Shown in pieces: positions 40,641 to 48,595 of a stretch of DNA of 64,000 bases. Both the position numbers and the translations under genes were made by a program. Below the pieces are notes generated by a model. It saw only the letters and a list, made by a program, of their open reading frames with translations. It was not told the origin of the DNA and did not search any database. The first letter of the stretch is position 1, and each line of letters opens with the position of its first letter. This DNA comes from Acidimicrobiales bacterium (lineage in GTDB: Bacteria; Actinomycetota; Acidimicrobiia; Acidimicrobiales; Aldehydirespiratoraceae): the NCBI GenBank assembly GCA_965116865.1, contig OZ220727.1, positions 1,156,798 through 1,220,797 of the forward strand. The letters are read 5' to 3'.

Positions 40641-40641
40641 T

Positions 40642-40866
40642 ATGAAAATCAGTGTGAGCATTCCTGAGGGCGATGTCGAGTTCCTGGACGACTACGCCGC
40701 GACCCATGGCATGGCGTCCCGGTCGGCAGCACTGCAACGGGCGATACGGCTGCTACGGGCCAACGAACTGTCGCGGCACTACGCGGCAGCCTTCGCCGAA
40801 TGGGCTGACGACGCCGACAGCCGCGTGTGGGATGACGCCGTCGCCGACGGGCTGAGTGGAGACTGA
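40642..40866 (+). CDS. mazE: RHH antitoxin (MazE/CopG-like)
   Basis: MKISVSIPEGDVEFLDDYAATHGMASRSAALQRAIRLL is an RHH fold. Its stop overlaps the toxin ATG by 1 nt. Confidence 0.7.
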   Translation: MKISVSIPEGDVEFLDDYAATHGMASRSAALQRAIRLLRANELSRHYAAAFAEWADDADSRVWDDAVADGLSGD

Positions 40867-41213
40867 TGCGACGGGGCGAGATCCGCATCGTCGGGCTGGA
40901 CCCGGTGGTGGGCACCGAGTCGGCCCGGACCCGTCCCGCGGTGGTCGTCAGCAACGACGGCGCCAACACGATCGCGGCTCTGCTGGGGCAGGGCGTCGTG
41001 ACGGTCGTCCCGGTGACTTCCAACACCGAGGTGATCCACCCCTTCCAAGTGATGCTGGCCGCGTCCAGCACCGGCCTCAGGCTCGACTCGAAGGCCCAGG
41101 TCGAGCAGATCAGATCTGTAGACGTGAAGCGGATCGGCGACACGGTCGGCCTGGTGCCGCTCGATCTCATGGCGCAAATCGAAGACGCCATGCGACTGCA
41201 TCTGGAACTCTGA
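40866..41213 (+). CDS. mazF: MazF/PemK family endoribonuclease toxin
   Basis: MRRGEIRIVGLDPVVGTESARTRPAVVVSND ... VVPVTSN ... AQVEQIRSVDVKRI is the typical PemK pattern. Confidence 0.85.
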   Translation: MRRGEIRIVGLDPVVGTESARTRPAVVVSNDGANTIAALLGQGVVTVVPVTSNTEVIHPFQVMLAASSTGLRLDSKAQVEQIRSVDVKRIGDTVGLVPLDLMAQIEDAMRLHLEL

Positions 41214-41707
41214 CATCCGGCCCGGCAGCCGGCCGGAGCGCGAAGTGTCTGAGTTCGCCGCGGCCCGCCGTTCGATGACGACTCGCCGGGCGCCGACAAC
41301 GAGCACCGCGAGCCAGCACCGTTCCGAACTCACAAACCCCGCAACACAAAAACACCGCCCCCCGACGCCGAACACGCGCTACTCCGGCCCAGCTGGAAGC
41401 TGCTCGACACCCTCACCCCGACCTGAACGCGGAAAGCCTGTAATCGTCGATGAACTCGCCCAGTGACCGAGCCTCCACGCCGACCAAGCGCTCACAGCGA
41501 CGCCACGGCTCCAGAAGACTCTGCCACATTTTTCCTTTCTAAAAGGAGAAAATATCAGTGAATTGTCCTTTTCAAGAGGAGAAGTTTCTGCCATGGTGCG
41601 GTCCGGCAGCAGAGCGGATGCTTCGGATGGGACGTGTTGACTTGTAGCGAATTGCATTCGATCGCCGGCTTGAGGCAGCGCGCCGCTGCCCCGTGACGAC
41701 AGTCGTC

Positions 41708-43000
41708 TCAGGGTGCCAGGGCGGTGATGGGGGCCACTGCCACGCCGTCGGGGCGCTCGTAGGCGTATCCGCCGGCGGTGACGACGAGCAGTTTGGCCGG
41801 CTCGCCCGCCTTGTCGAGGTTCACCTTGTTGCGCAGCCGCAGAAGCGCGGCCGCGGCGTCATCGGGGCCGCGGCCGCCGCCGAGCTTGATCTCCGCGGCG
41901 ATCCACCGCCCGTCGGAGCGTTCGAGGACGGCGTCCACCTCCAGTCCGGTGTTGTCGCGGTAGTAGTGGATGCTCGCGTCGTTGGCCTCGGCGTACACCC
42001 GCAGGTCGCGCACCGCCAAGGCTTCGAACAGTGCGCCGAACCCCCTCGGGTCGGCCATGAGCCGGGCCCGGTTGGACCGCAGGGCCGCCACCGCCAGCGA
42101 CGGGTCCACCAGGTAGCGCTTCGGTGTGGCCGCGATGTGAGCCCGGGACCGCAGATCGGCGGGCCACGGGGTGAGATGCTCCAGGACGAACAGCTGCTCC
42201 AGGGCCGACAGGTAGGCGGCCACCGTCCTCGGGTCCGCGGGGCGGACCGTGTCCATGTCGGCCGCGAGGACCCTTCGTGAGGCGCTGGTGGCGATGTTGC
42301 GGGCCAGCGACTCCAGCAGCCGAGCCACGCCCGCAGGGTCGCGGCGGGCCCGGTCGACGTACTCGATGTCGGCCTTGCACAGGTCGGCCAGATAGTCGCG
42401 CAGCACCTGCTGGGCCCCGGCGCCGTCGGCAGTCACCAGCGCGGGCCAGCCGCCCCGGCACACCAGCTCGTAGACGTCGGGCTCGTCGCCGATCGCGGGC
42501 GCCGACACCTCCCCGGAGCCGAACAGGGCGCCCAGCGACACGGCCCCGGACGACTCGCCGGACTCGAACAGCGTCATGGGCCGCATCCGCACCCTGCGCA
42601 CCCGCCCCGCCCCGGTGTGGCGGGTGTGGCTGTCGGGCGGCACCGCCGAGCCGGTGAGGATGAACTGCCCCGGCCGTCCGATCTCGTCGCAGGCCCGCCG
42701 CATCGGGTTCCAGATGCCCGGCGACAGGTGGTACTCGTCGATGAGCCGGGGCCGCTCGCCCTCTAGCAGCAGCCTCCTGGCCATTGCCGAGGTGAGAGCT
42801 GCCGACTCCTCGGCGTCGATCAGCACGGCGCTGCGGGCCGCGTTGCCTCCCGTCCAGGTCTTGCCGCAGGCCCGCGGGCCCTCGACGAGCACCGCCGGGG
42901 CAGCCCCGAGGGCCTGAGCGAGAAGTGCGTCCGCGATCCGGGGCCGGTACCGCCCGCGGATCGTCATCAAGAGAGGATGCTCGCCCATCGCGCTGTCCAC
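41708..43000 (-). CDS. AAA ATPase with DUF4143-type C-terminal domain
   Basis: Walker A-like GPRACGKT and Walker B-like LIDEYH. The C-terminal restriction-endonuclease-like part contains YYRDNTGLEVDAVLE. 430 aa. The start could be GTG 43000 or ATG 42988. Confidence 0.75.
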   Translation of the reverse strand: MDSAMGEHPLLMTIRGRYRPRIADALLAQALGAAPAVLVEGPRACGKTWTGGNAARSAVLIDAEESAALTSAMARRLLLEGERPRLIDEYHLSPGIWNPMRRACDEIGRPGQFILTGSAVPPDSHTRHTGAGRVRRVRMRPMTLFESGESSGAVSLGALFGSGEVSAPAIGDEPDVYELVCRGGWPALVTADGAGAQQVLRDYLADLCKADIEYVDRARRDPAGVARLLESLARNIATSASRRVLAADMDTVRPADPRTVAAYLSALEQLFVLEHLTPWPADLRSRAHIAATPKRYLVDPSLAVAALRSNRARLMADPRGFGALFEALAVRDLRVYAEANDASIHYYRDNTGLEVDAVLERSDGRWIAAEIKLGGGRGPDDAAAALLRLRNKVNLDKAGEPAKLLVVTAGGYAYERPDGVAVAPITALAP

Positions 43001-43252
43001 AAAATCAATGTATCAAATTTGAGCTGTACAATGCACTAATATCAAATGCCGCAATGCATGAATGCTCGCCCGTGAGATTCTGCTCGAGAAGGACGGCCCG
43101 GCTGGAATTGTCTCTTGCGGAACGGAGACCGCGCAGGAGGCGAGCGGGCCCGCCGTGCGCGGCCGGCGCCGCAGGACACCATTGATCGCGGGCCGCGCAG
43201 GCGACGGAGCCGCCCGCCTGAACCGGAACCGCTCGCCTGTGCGCTCGGCCGA

Positions 43253-43678
43253 TCAGAGCGGGTTGCGCCAGCGCAGCCCCGGGAAGCGAGCGAAGTCGCT
43301 GTCGTTGGAGTGGACTTCGGCTTGGTGCTCGACGGCCAGCGCGGCGATGTGAGTGTCCGTGACGAGGTTGCCCCCCACGCCGGCGGCAGTCAGCATGCTT
43401 CGGAAGACAGCGATGTGCTGCGTGCCCGGGTTCAGCGGTGTGACGCCGGGCGACCGGAACCATTCGGCCACGAGGTCGACGGCGTGCTCCGGAGCCGCCG
43501 GCGCGTCCATGACACTGGGATGGGTGAGCAGCCGCACGAACCCGGCAGCCACGAGCCACGGAACCCCCACTCGCTCAGTTCCGTTCACCGCGTCCTCCCA
43601 CCACCGGCGCGCCGGTCCGTGCAACCGCGCACCGGTGCTGTGTGCGTAGACGAGCAAGTTCAGGTCTGGGACGATCAA
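43253..43678 (-). CDS. vapC: PIN-domain toxin
   Basis: TTG 43678 gives (M)IVPDLNLLVYAH... with VTDTHIAALAVEH and SNDSDFARF. A 4-nt TTGA overlap links it to the antitoxin stop. Confidence 0.8.
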   Translation of the reverse strand: MIVPDLNLLVYAHSTGARLHGPARRWWEDAVNGTERVGVPWLVAAGFVRLLTHPSVMDAPAAPEHAVDLVAEWFRSPGVTPLNPGTQHIAVFRSMLTAAGVGGNLVTDTHIAALAVEHQAEVHSNDSDFARFPGLRWRNPL

Positions 43679-43932
43679 TGTGGCGGCGAGCCCGTGAAGC
43701 CGGCAGCCTCGAGCGAGTCGTTGACCTGGTTCAGCCGCAACGGATCGACGCCGGGCCTGAAACCGCTGTCGTGGCACCTGACCACATAGTCGGGCCTCGG
43801 CTCTGCCGGCACAGGGGACAGACCCCGCCGCAGAGTGTCGTTGACGACCTTCTTGAACGGCTCCCCCGCCAGTTGGGCCTGCTCCTTCAGAGCCGCGGCC
43901 AAGTCGTCGTCGAGAGTCAACGTTGTACGCAT
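43675..43932 (-). CDS. vapB: VapB-type antitoxin
   Basis: MRTTLTLDDDLAAALKEQAQLAGEPFKKVVNDTLRRGL from ATG 43932. The upstream part of the track ORF is repeat read-through. Confidence 0.75.
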   Translation of the reverse strand: MRTTLTLDDDLAAALKEQAQLAGEPFKKVVNDTLRRGLSPVPAEPRPDYVVRCHDSGFRPGVDPLRLNQVNDSLEAAGFTGSPPH

Positions 43933-44004
43933 CAAGACATCGTAGCACCTTCTTTGAATGATGCCTTGACGCTCCGCCTCGATCGCAGCAGGCCCTCGAT
44001 GCTC

Positions 44005-44550
44005 GGAAGACCCCCGCGTGGGCGGCGCCTCAGACGGTCCACCTCCTCGCAGACCCGGCGCTTGGGGAAGACCCCCGCGTGGGCGGCGCCTCACCCCCGG
44101 ATCCGTCGCAGCGCCTCTGTCGCGTTCATCGGCAAAGCGGTCCGCACCCGCGTGGGCGGCCCTTCACCCCCGGATCCGTCGCAGCGCCTCTGTCGCGTTC
44201 ATCGGCAAAGCGGTCCGCACCCGCGTGGGCGGCCCTTCACCCCCGGATCCGTCGCAGCGCCTCTGTCGCGTTCATCGGCAAAGCGGTCCGCACCCGCGTG
44301 GGCGGCCCTTCACCCCCGGATCCGTCGCAGCGCCTCTGTCGCGTTCATCGGCAAAGCGGTCCGCACCCGCGTGGGCGGCCCTTCACCCCCGGATCCGTCG
44401 CAGCGCCTCTGTCGCGTTCATCGGCAAAGCGGTCCGCACCCGCGTGGGCGGCGCCTCACTCCCGGATCCGTCGCAGCGCCTCTGTCGCGTTCATCGGCAA
44501 AGCGGTCCGTACCCGCGTGGGCGGCCCTTCACCCCCGGATCCGTCGCAGC
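44005..44550. repeat. tandem array, 8 X copies (first interval 61, then 75, then 72 bp x5), seeded on the HIT gene stop
   Basis: The segment acccccgcgtgggcgg / acccgcgtgggcgg starts at 44010, 44071, 44146, 44218, 44290, 44362, 44434 and 44506. The unit contains ccttcacccccggatccgtcgcagc, which is the last 6 codons plus the TGA of the HIT gene. Confidence 0.95.
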
Positions 44551-45134
44551 TGGCCAGCCGCCGCCTGGCTCGGCCATGCGGCGGTCAGGCGCTCCCAGCA
44601 GTCCTGGAGGCTCCGGGGCAGGACCCTCACGTCGGCGATGGCGGTCATGAAGTTGGTGTCGGAACGCCAACGGGGCAGCACGTGAATATGGACATGGTCG
44701 AAGACGCTGGGGCCGGCGCCCTCTCCGAGATTGGCGCCGATGTTCACCCCGTCGGGCGAGAACGCGGCCTTCACCGCGGCCACAGCGTCGTGGACGGTGT
44801 CCCAGAGCTCGCGGCGCTCGCCGGAGTCCAGGCCCTCCAGGTCTCCAACAGCCCGATAGGGCAGGATCAGCAGGTGGCCCGTGGAGTACGGGTAGCGGTT
44901 CAGGATGGCGAAGACCAGTTCGCCCCGATGCACGATGTGGGTCTTGTCGTCGGGCAGGCCCGAGCTGAGGATGGCCTCGAACAGGCTCTTGCCCTCCCCG
45001 ACGCCCGGGCCGGTCCCGGCGCCGGGGACCGTGCCCGGGATGGTGCCGGAAGAGTTCACGATCCCGGCGGCGGCCGCCTCCCGGCCCTCCATCATGGCAG
45101 GGATCCGCCACCCGGCCCAGAGGCGCTCCACCAT
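44529..45134 (-). CDS. HIT-family nucleotide hydrolase/transferase (Ap4A phosphorylase-like)
   Basis: Histidine triad HVHIHVLPR, plus NRYPYSTGHLLILPYR. Confidence 0.8.
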   Translation of the reverse strand: MVERLWAGWRIPAMMEGREAAAAGIVNSSGTIPGTVPGAGTGPGVGEGKSLFEAILSSGLPDDKTHIVHRGELVFAILNRYPYSTGHLLILPYRAVGDLEGLDSGERRELWDTVHDAVAAVKAAFSPDGVNIGANLGEGAGPSVFDHVHIHVLPRWRSDTNFMTAIADVRVLPRSLQDCWERLTAAWPSQAAAGQLRRIRG

Positions 45135-45135
45135 G

Positions 45136-47124
45136 TCAGCCCCGAGCCTCCACCTCGGCCGCCAAACGGGCCGCGAAGGACTCCAGCGGGACGTCGCGCT
45201 CGGGGCTCTTGGCGCCCCGGGCGTTGACCCCGACCGTGCCGCCGGCCATATCGTCGTCGCCCACCACCAGCACGTACGGGACCTTGGCCACCTTGGCGTT
45301 GCGGACCCGCTTCCCCAGGGGATCTTCCGCCAGACTCACCTCAGTGCGGAAGCCTCGGCGCCGCAGCACGGCGGCCACCTCGGCGGCGTAGTCGGCGTGG
45401 GCCGCCGCCACCGGCAGAACCTCGGCCTGCACTGGCGCCAGCCAGGCCGGGAAGGCGCCTGCGTAATGCTCGATCAACACCCCGAAGAAGCGCTCGACCG
45501 ACCCGAACAGAGCGCGGTGGATCATCACCGGGCGAGGACGGGAACCGTCCGACGCCACATATTCCAGCCCGAAGCGCTCGGGCAGGTTGAAGTCCACCTG
45601 GATGGTGGAGAGCTGCCACGACCGTCCGATGGCGTCGCGCACGTCGACGTCGATCTTGGGGCCGTAGAAGGCGCCGCCGCCCTCGTCGGTCTCGTAGTCG
45701 AGCCCGGCCGACTCCAGCGCAGCCCGCAGACCGGCGGTGGCGTCGTCCCACAGCGCCTCCTCGCCCACGTACTTCTCTGCGGGCCGGGTGGACAGCTTGG
45801 CTTGGAACTCGGTGAAGCCGAAAGCCTCGAGCACGCTCAGCACGAACTCCAGCAGCGAGGCCAACTCGGCTCCGACATGCTCGCGGACGCAGAAGATATG
45901 GGCGTCGTCCTGGGTGAAGCCCCGGCTGCGAAGCAGACCGTGCACCGCGCCCGACAGCTCGTAGCGGTACACCGCGCCGAGCTCGAACAACCGCATGGGC
46001 AGTTCCCGGTAGCTGCGCTGCGACGACCGGTAGACCATCACATGGAACGGACAGTTCATCGGCTTCGGGTAGTAGTCGGCGCCGTCCATCTCCATGGGCG
46101 GGTACATGCTCTCGGCGTAGAAGTCGAGATGTCCGGAGGTCTCCCACAGCACCGACTTGGCGATGTGGGGCGAGAACACGAGCTCGTACCCGCCGTCTGC
46201 GTGGCGCCTGCGCGAGTAGTCCTCCATCAGCGTGCGCACCAGCGCTCCCTTGGGATGCCATACCGCCAGGCCGGGACCCAGCTCGGTCGGCCACGACACC
46301 AGGTCGAGCTCCGCTGCCAGGCGCCGGTGGTCGCGCCGCTCGGCCTCGGCAAGGCGGTACAGGTGGGCCTTGAGCTCCTTGCGGGCAGCCCAGGCCGTGC
46401 CGTAGATGCGCTGCAGCATCGGGTTGCTCTCACTGCCCCGCCAGTAGGCCCCGCTGACCCGCTGCAGCGCGAAATGCCCCAGCCGCCCGGTGGACGGCAC
46501 ATGGGGGCCGAGGCACAGGTCCACGAACCCGTCGGAGTCGCCGTTGCCGTCATCGTTGCGGTAGCAGCTGACGTTGCCGCCCTCGGACGCCTCCGAGACC
46601 AGGTCGCGGCCGGCGTCCGCGCCCATGGCCACCGCCTCGATGATGGCCCGCTTGTAGGGATGCTCAGCGAACAGCTCCAGAGCGTCCGCGGCGGCCATCT
46701 CGACCCGCCGGAACGGCTGGTCGGCCTCGATGATCTCCCGCATGCGGGCCTCGATGCGATCCAGGTCGGCGTCGGAGAATGTGCCGCCTTCGGGAAGCTC
46801 GAAGTCGTAGTAGAAGCCGTGCTCTATGGGCGGCCCGATGGCGAAAGTGGCCCCCGGAAAGAGGTCCAGCACCGCTTGGGCCAGCACATGCGCGGTGGAG
46901 TGGCGCAGAGTGTGCAATCCCCGGTCCGACGATGCGGCGACGATCTCCACCGACGCGCCGTCGGGCAGTGGCGCAACCAGGTCCCTCTCGTGGCCATCGA
47001 CCACCGCGACCACCGCATCGGCAGCCAGTCGGGGGCCGATGGCGGCAGCCAGATCGGCCGCGCTGGACCCCTCGGGCAGCTCACGAGCGGAGCCGTCAGG
47101 CAGCGAGACCGAGACCACGGACAT
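45136..47124 (-). CDS. thrS: threonine--tRNA ligase
   Basis: TGS-domain start MSVVSVSLPDGSARELPEGSSAADLA, editing-domain HSTAHVLAQAV, and class II motifs. The likely start is ATG 47124. Confidence 0.9.
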   Translation of the reverse strand: MSVVSVSLPDGSARELPEGSSAADLAAAIGPRLAADAVVAVVDGHERDLVAPLPDGASVEIVAASSDRGLHTLRHSTAHVLAQAVLDLFPGATFAIGPPIEHGFYYDFELPEGGTFSDADLDRIEARMREIIEADQPFRRVEMAAADALELFAEHPYKRAIIEAVAMGADAGRDLVSEASEGGNVSCYRNDDGNGDSDGFVDLCLGPHVPSTGRLGHFALQRVSGAYWRGSESNPMLQRIYGTAWAARKELKAHLYRLAEAERRDHRRLAAELDLVSWPTELGPGLAVWHPKGALVRTLMEDYSRRRHADGGYELVFSPHIAKSVLWETSGHLDFYAESMYPPMEMDGADYYPKPMNCPFHVMVYRSSQRSYRELPMRLFELGAVYRYELSGAVHGLLRSRGFTQDDAHIFCVREHVGAELASLLEFVLSVLEAFGFTEFQAKLSTRPAEKYVGEEALWDDATAGLRAALESAGLDYETDEGGGAFYGPKIDVDVRDAIGRSWQLSTIQVDFNLPERFGLEYVASDGSRPRPVMIHRALFGSVERFFGVLIEHYAGAFPAWLAPVQAEVLPVAAAHADYAAEVAAVLRRRGFRTEVSLAEDPLGKRVRNAKVAKVPYVLVVGDDDMAGGTVGVNARGAKSPERDVPLESFAARLAAEVEARG

Positions 47125-47188
47125 CGCCTGCGAGGCTACCGCTGCCCCTGAGGGCGCGGCTCCGCTCGAACGGCGGTCCACGGCGTCC

Positions 47189-47464
47189 GAGCCGCTCCAA
47201 GGGGGCCGAGCCGCCCCAAGGAGGTCTCGTGCGGACGACTCCCTGCAGCCGCCGACGCCGGAGCCTCACCGTGCGCATCGCCCGCAACCGGAGAGGTCTC
47301 GTGCGGACGACTCCCTGCAGCCGCCGACGCCGAGATCTGGCAGCGGCGGCGCTGGTGCCCCAAGGAGGTCCCGTGCGGACGACTCCCTGCAGCCGCCGAC
47401 GCCGAGAGCTGGCAGCGGCGGCGCTGGTGCCCCAAGGAGGTCTCGTGCGGACGACTCCCTGCAG
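47189..47464. repeat. repeat-spacer-like array, period 72 bp (X 40 bp, Y 32 bp), in the thrS/fabI divergent region
   Basis: X (gaggtctcgtgcggacgactccctgcagccgccgacgccg) occurs at 47221, 47293 and 47365, with a partial copy at 47437. Y1 at 47261-47292 differs from Y2 and Y3 (47333, 47405), which differ from each other by 1 nt. Confidence 0.9.
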
Positions 47465-47582
47465 TGCTGTCCGGGGCTGATCCGTGGCCGGCGTGCTCCC
47501 TGATCGTCGCGACGCCCGAGAAGACCCCCGCGCCCCGGGCCGCGTCGTGGAACGGCACGTTCTCAAGGTACCGTTGGCGGCT

Positions 47583-48350
47583 GTGGGCATCCTCGACGGC
47601 AAGCGCATCGTCGTCACCGGAGTCCTGACCGATGCCTCGCTCGCCTACGGCGCGGCCGCGCTGGCACTGGCCGAGGGCGCCGAGATCGTTTTGACCGGAG
47701 CCGGCCGGGCCATGCGCCTCACCCAGCGCACCGCCCGCAAGCTCGGCGACGGCATCGACGTGGTGGAGTTCGACGCTACCGAGCCGTCCCACGCCGACGC
47801 CCTGCGCGAGCACCTCGCCGGCAGCTGGGGGCAGGTGGACGGCGCGCTCCACGCCATCGGGTTCGCTCCCGAGGTGTGCCTGGGCGGCACGTTCATGGAA
47901 GCCAGCTGGGAAGACGTCAAGGTGGCGCTGGAGATCTCCACCTACTCGCTGAAGATGCTCGCCGACGCGGTCGCTCCTCTGATGCCGGCCGGCGGCTCGA
48001 TCCTGGGCCTGGACTTCGACGCCACCCGTGCCTGGCCGGGCTACGACTGGATGGGCGTGGCCAAGGCCGGCCTCGAGTCCACCTGCCGGTACCTGGCCCG
48101 CTACCTCGGACCGAAGGGGATCCGGGTGAACCTGGTCTCCGCCGGTCCGATGAGGACCATGGCCGCACGCTCCATCCCCGGCTTCTCCGACTTCGAGGAC
48201 GCCTGGGCGATGCGGGCGCCGCTCGGTTGGAGCGTCACCGACCCGACCGGCGTGTCGCGCACGATCGTGGCCATGCTGAGCGACTGGCTGCCGGCCACCA
48301 CCGGATCGGTCGTGCATGCGGACGGCGGCTACCACGCCGTCGGCGCCTGA
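47583..48350 (+). CDS. fabI: enoyl-[acyl-carrier-protein] reductase (NADH), FabI/InhA type
   Basis: GTG 47583 gives (M)GILDGKRIVVTGVLTDASLAYG. Later segments include GYDWMGVAKAGLES and VNLVSAGPMRT. Confidence 0.85.
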   Translation: MGILDGKRIVVTGVLTDASLAYGAAALALAEGAEIVLTGAGRAMRLTQRTARKLGDGIDVVEFDATEPSHADALREHLAGSWGQVDGALHAIGFAPEVCLGGTFMEASWEDVKVALEISTYSLKMLADAVAPLMPAGGSILGLDFDATRAWPGYDWMGVAKAGLESTCRYLARYLGPKGIRVNLVSAGPMRTMAARSIPGFSDFEDAWAMRAPLGWSVTDPTGVSRTIVAMLSDWLPATTGSVVHADGGYHAVGA

Positions 48351-48353
48351 GCA

Positions 48354-48546
48354 TCCCGAGCACCGGATCCGCCGAGCGTCGGACAATCTCGGCTTGCCGC
48401 CTCCGGCTCGCCCCATGGTGCGAACTCGGCAACGGAGCGGGCTCCAGAGCGTCCCGAGCACCGGATCCGCCGCGCGTCGGACAATCTCGGCTTGCCGCCT
48501 CCGGCTCGCCCCATGGTGCGAACTCGGCAACGGAGCGGGCTCCAGG
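48354..48546. repeat. 98-bp tandem duplication (about 2 copies) between convergent genes
   Basis: The segment tcccgagcaccggatccgcc occurs at 48354 and 48452. Confidence 0.9.
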
Positions 48547-48595
48547 CCGCACCGTGTCGCCGGGCCGGAGACCGGCTGAGAAACCGTTGCAACCC

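Noticed and set aside
41379-41657. 92-aa minus-strand ORF across the AT-rich patch.
   Set aside because: It has no Shine-Dalgarno sequence and a composition change midway. It overlaps the better-supported Shine-Dalgarno-led micro-ORFs on the plus strand. It is kept only as context for that finding.
44005-44550. Canonical CRISPR array, here and at 47189-47464 and 60709-60885.
   Set aside because: The repeat sequence differs at every locus. Most spacers within an array are identical. Several arrays overlap coding sequence or stop codons, and no cas gene or leader is visible in the window. Only the geometry is CRISPR-like, so the arrays are reported as X-Y-X repeats.
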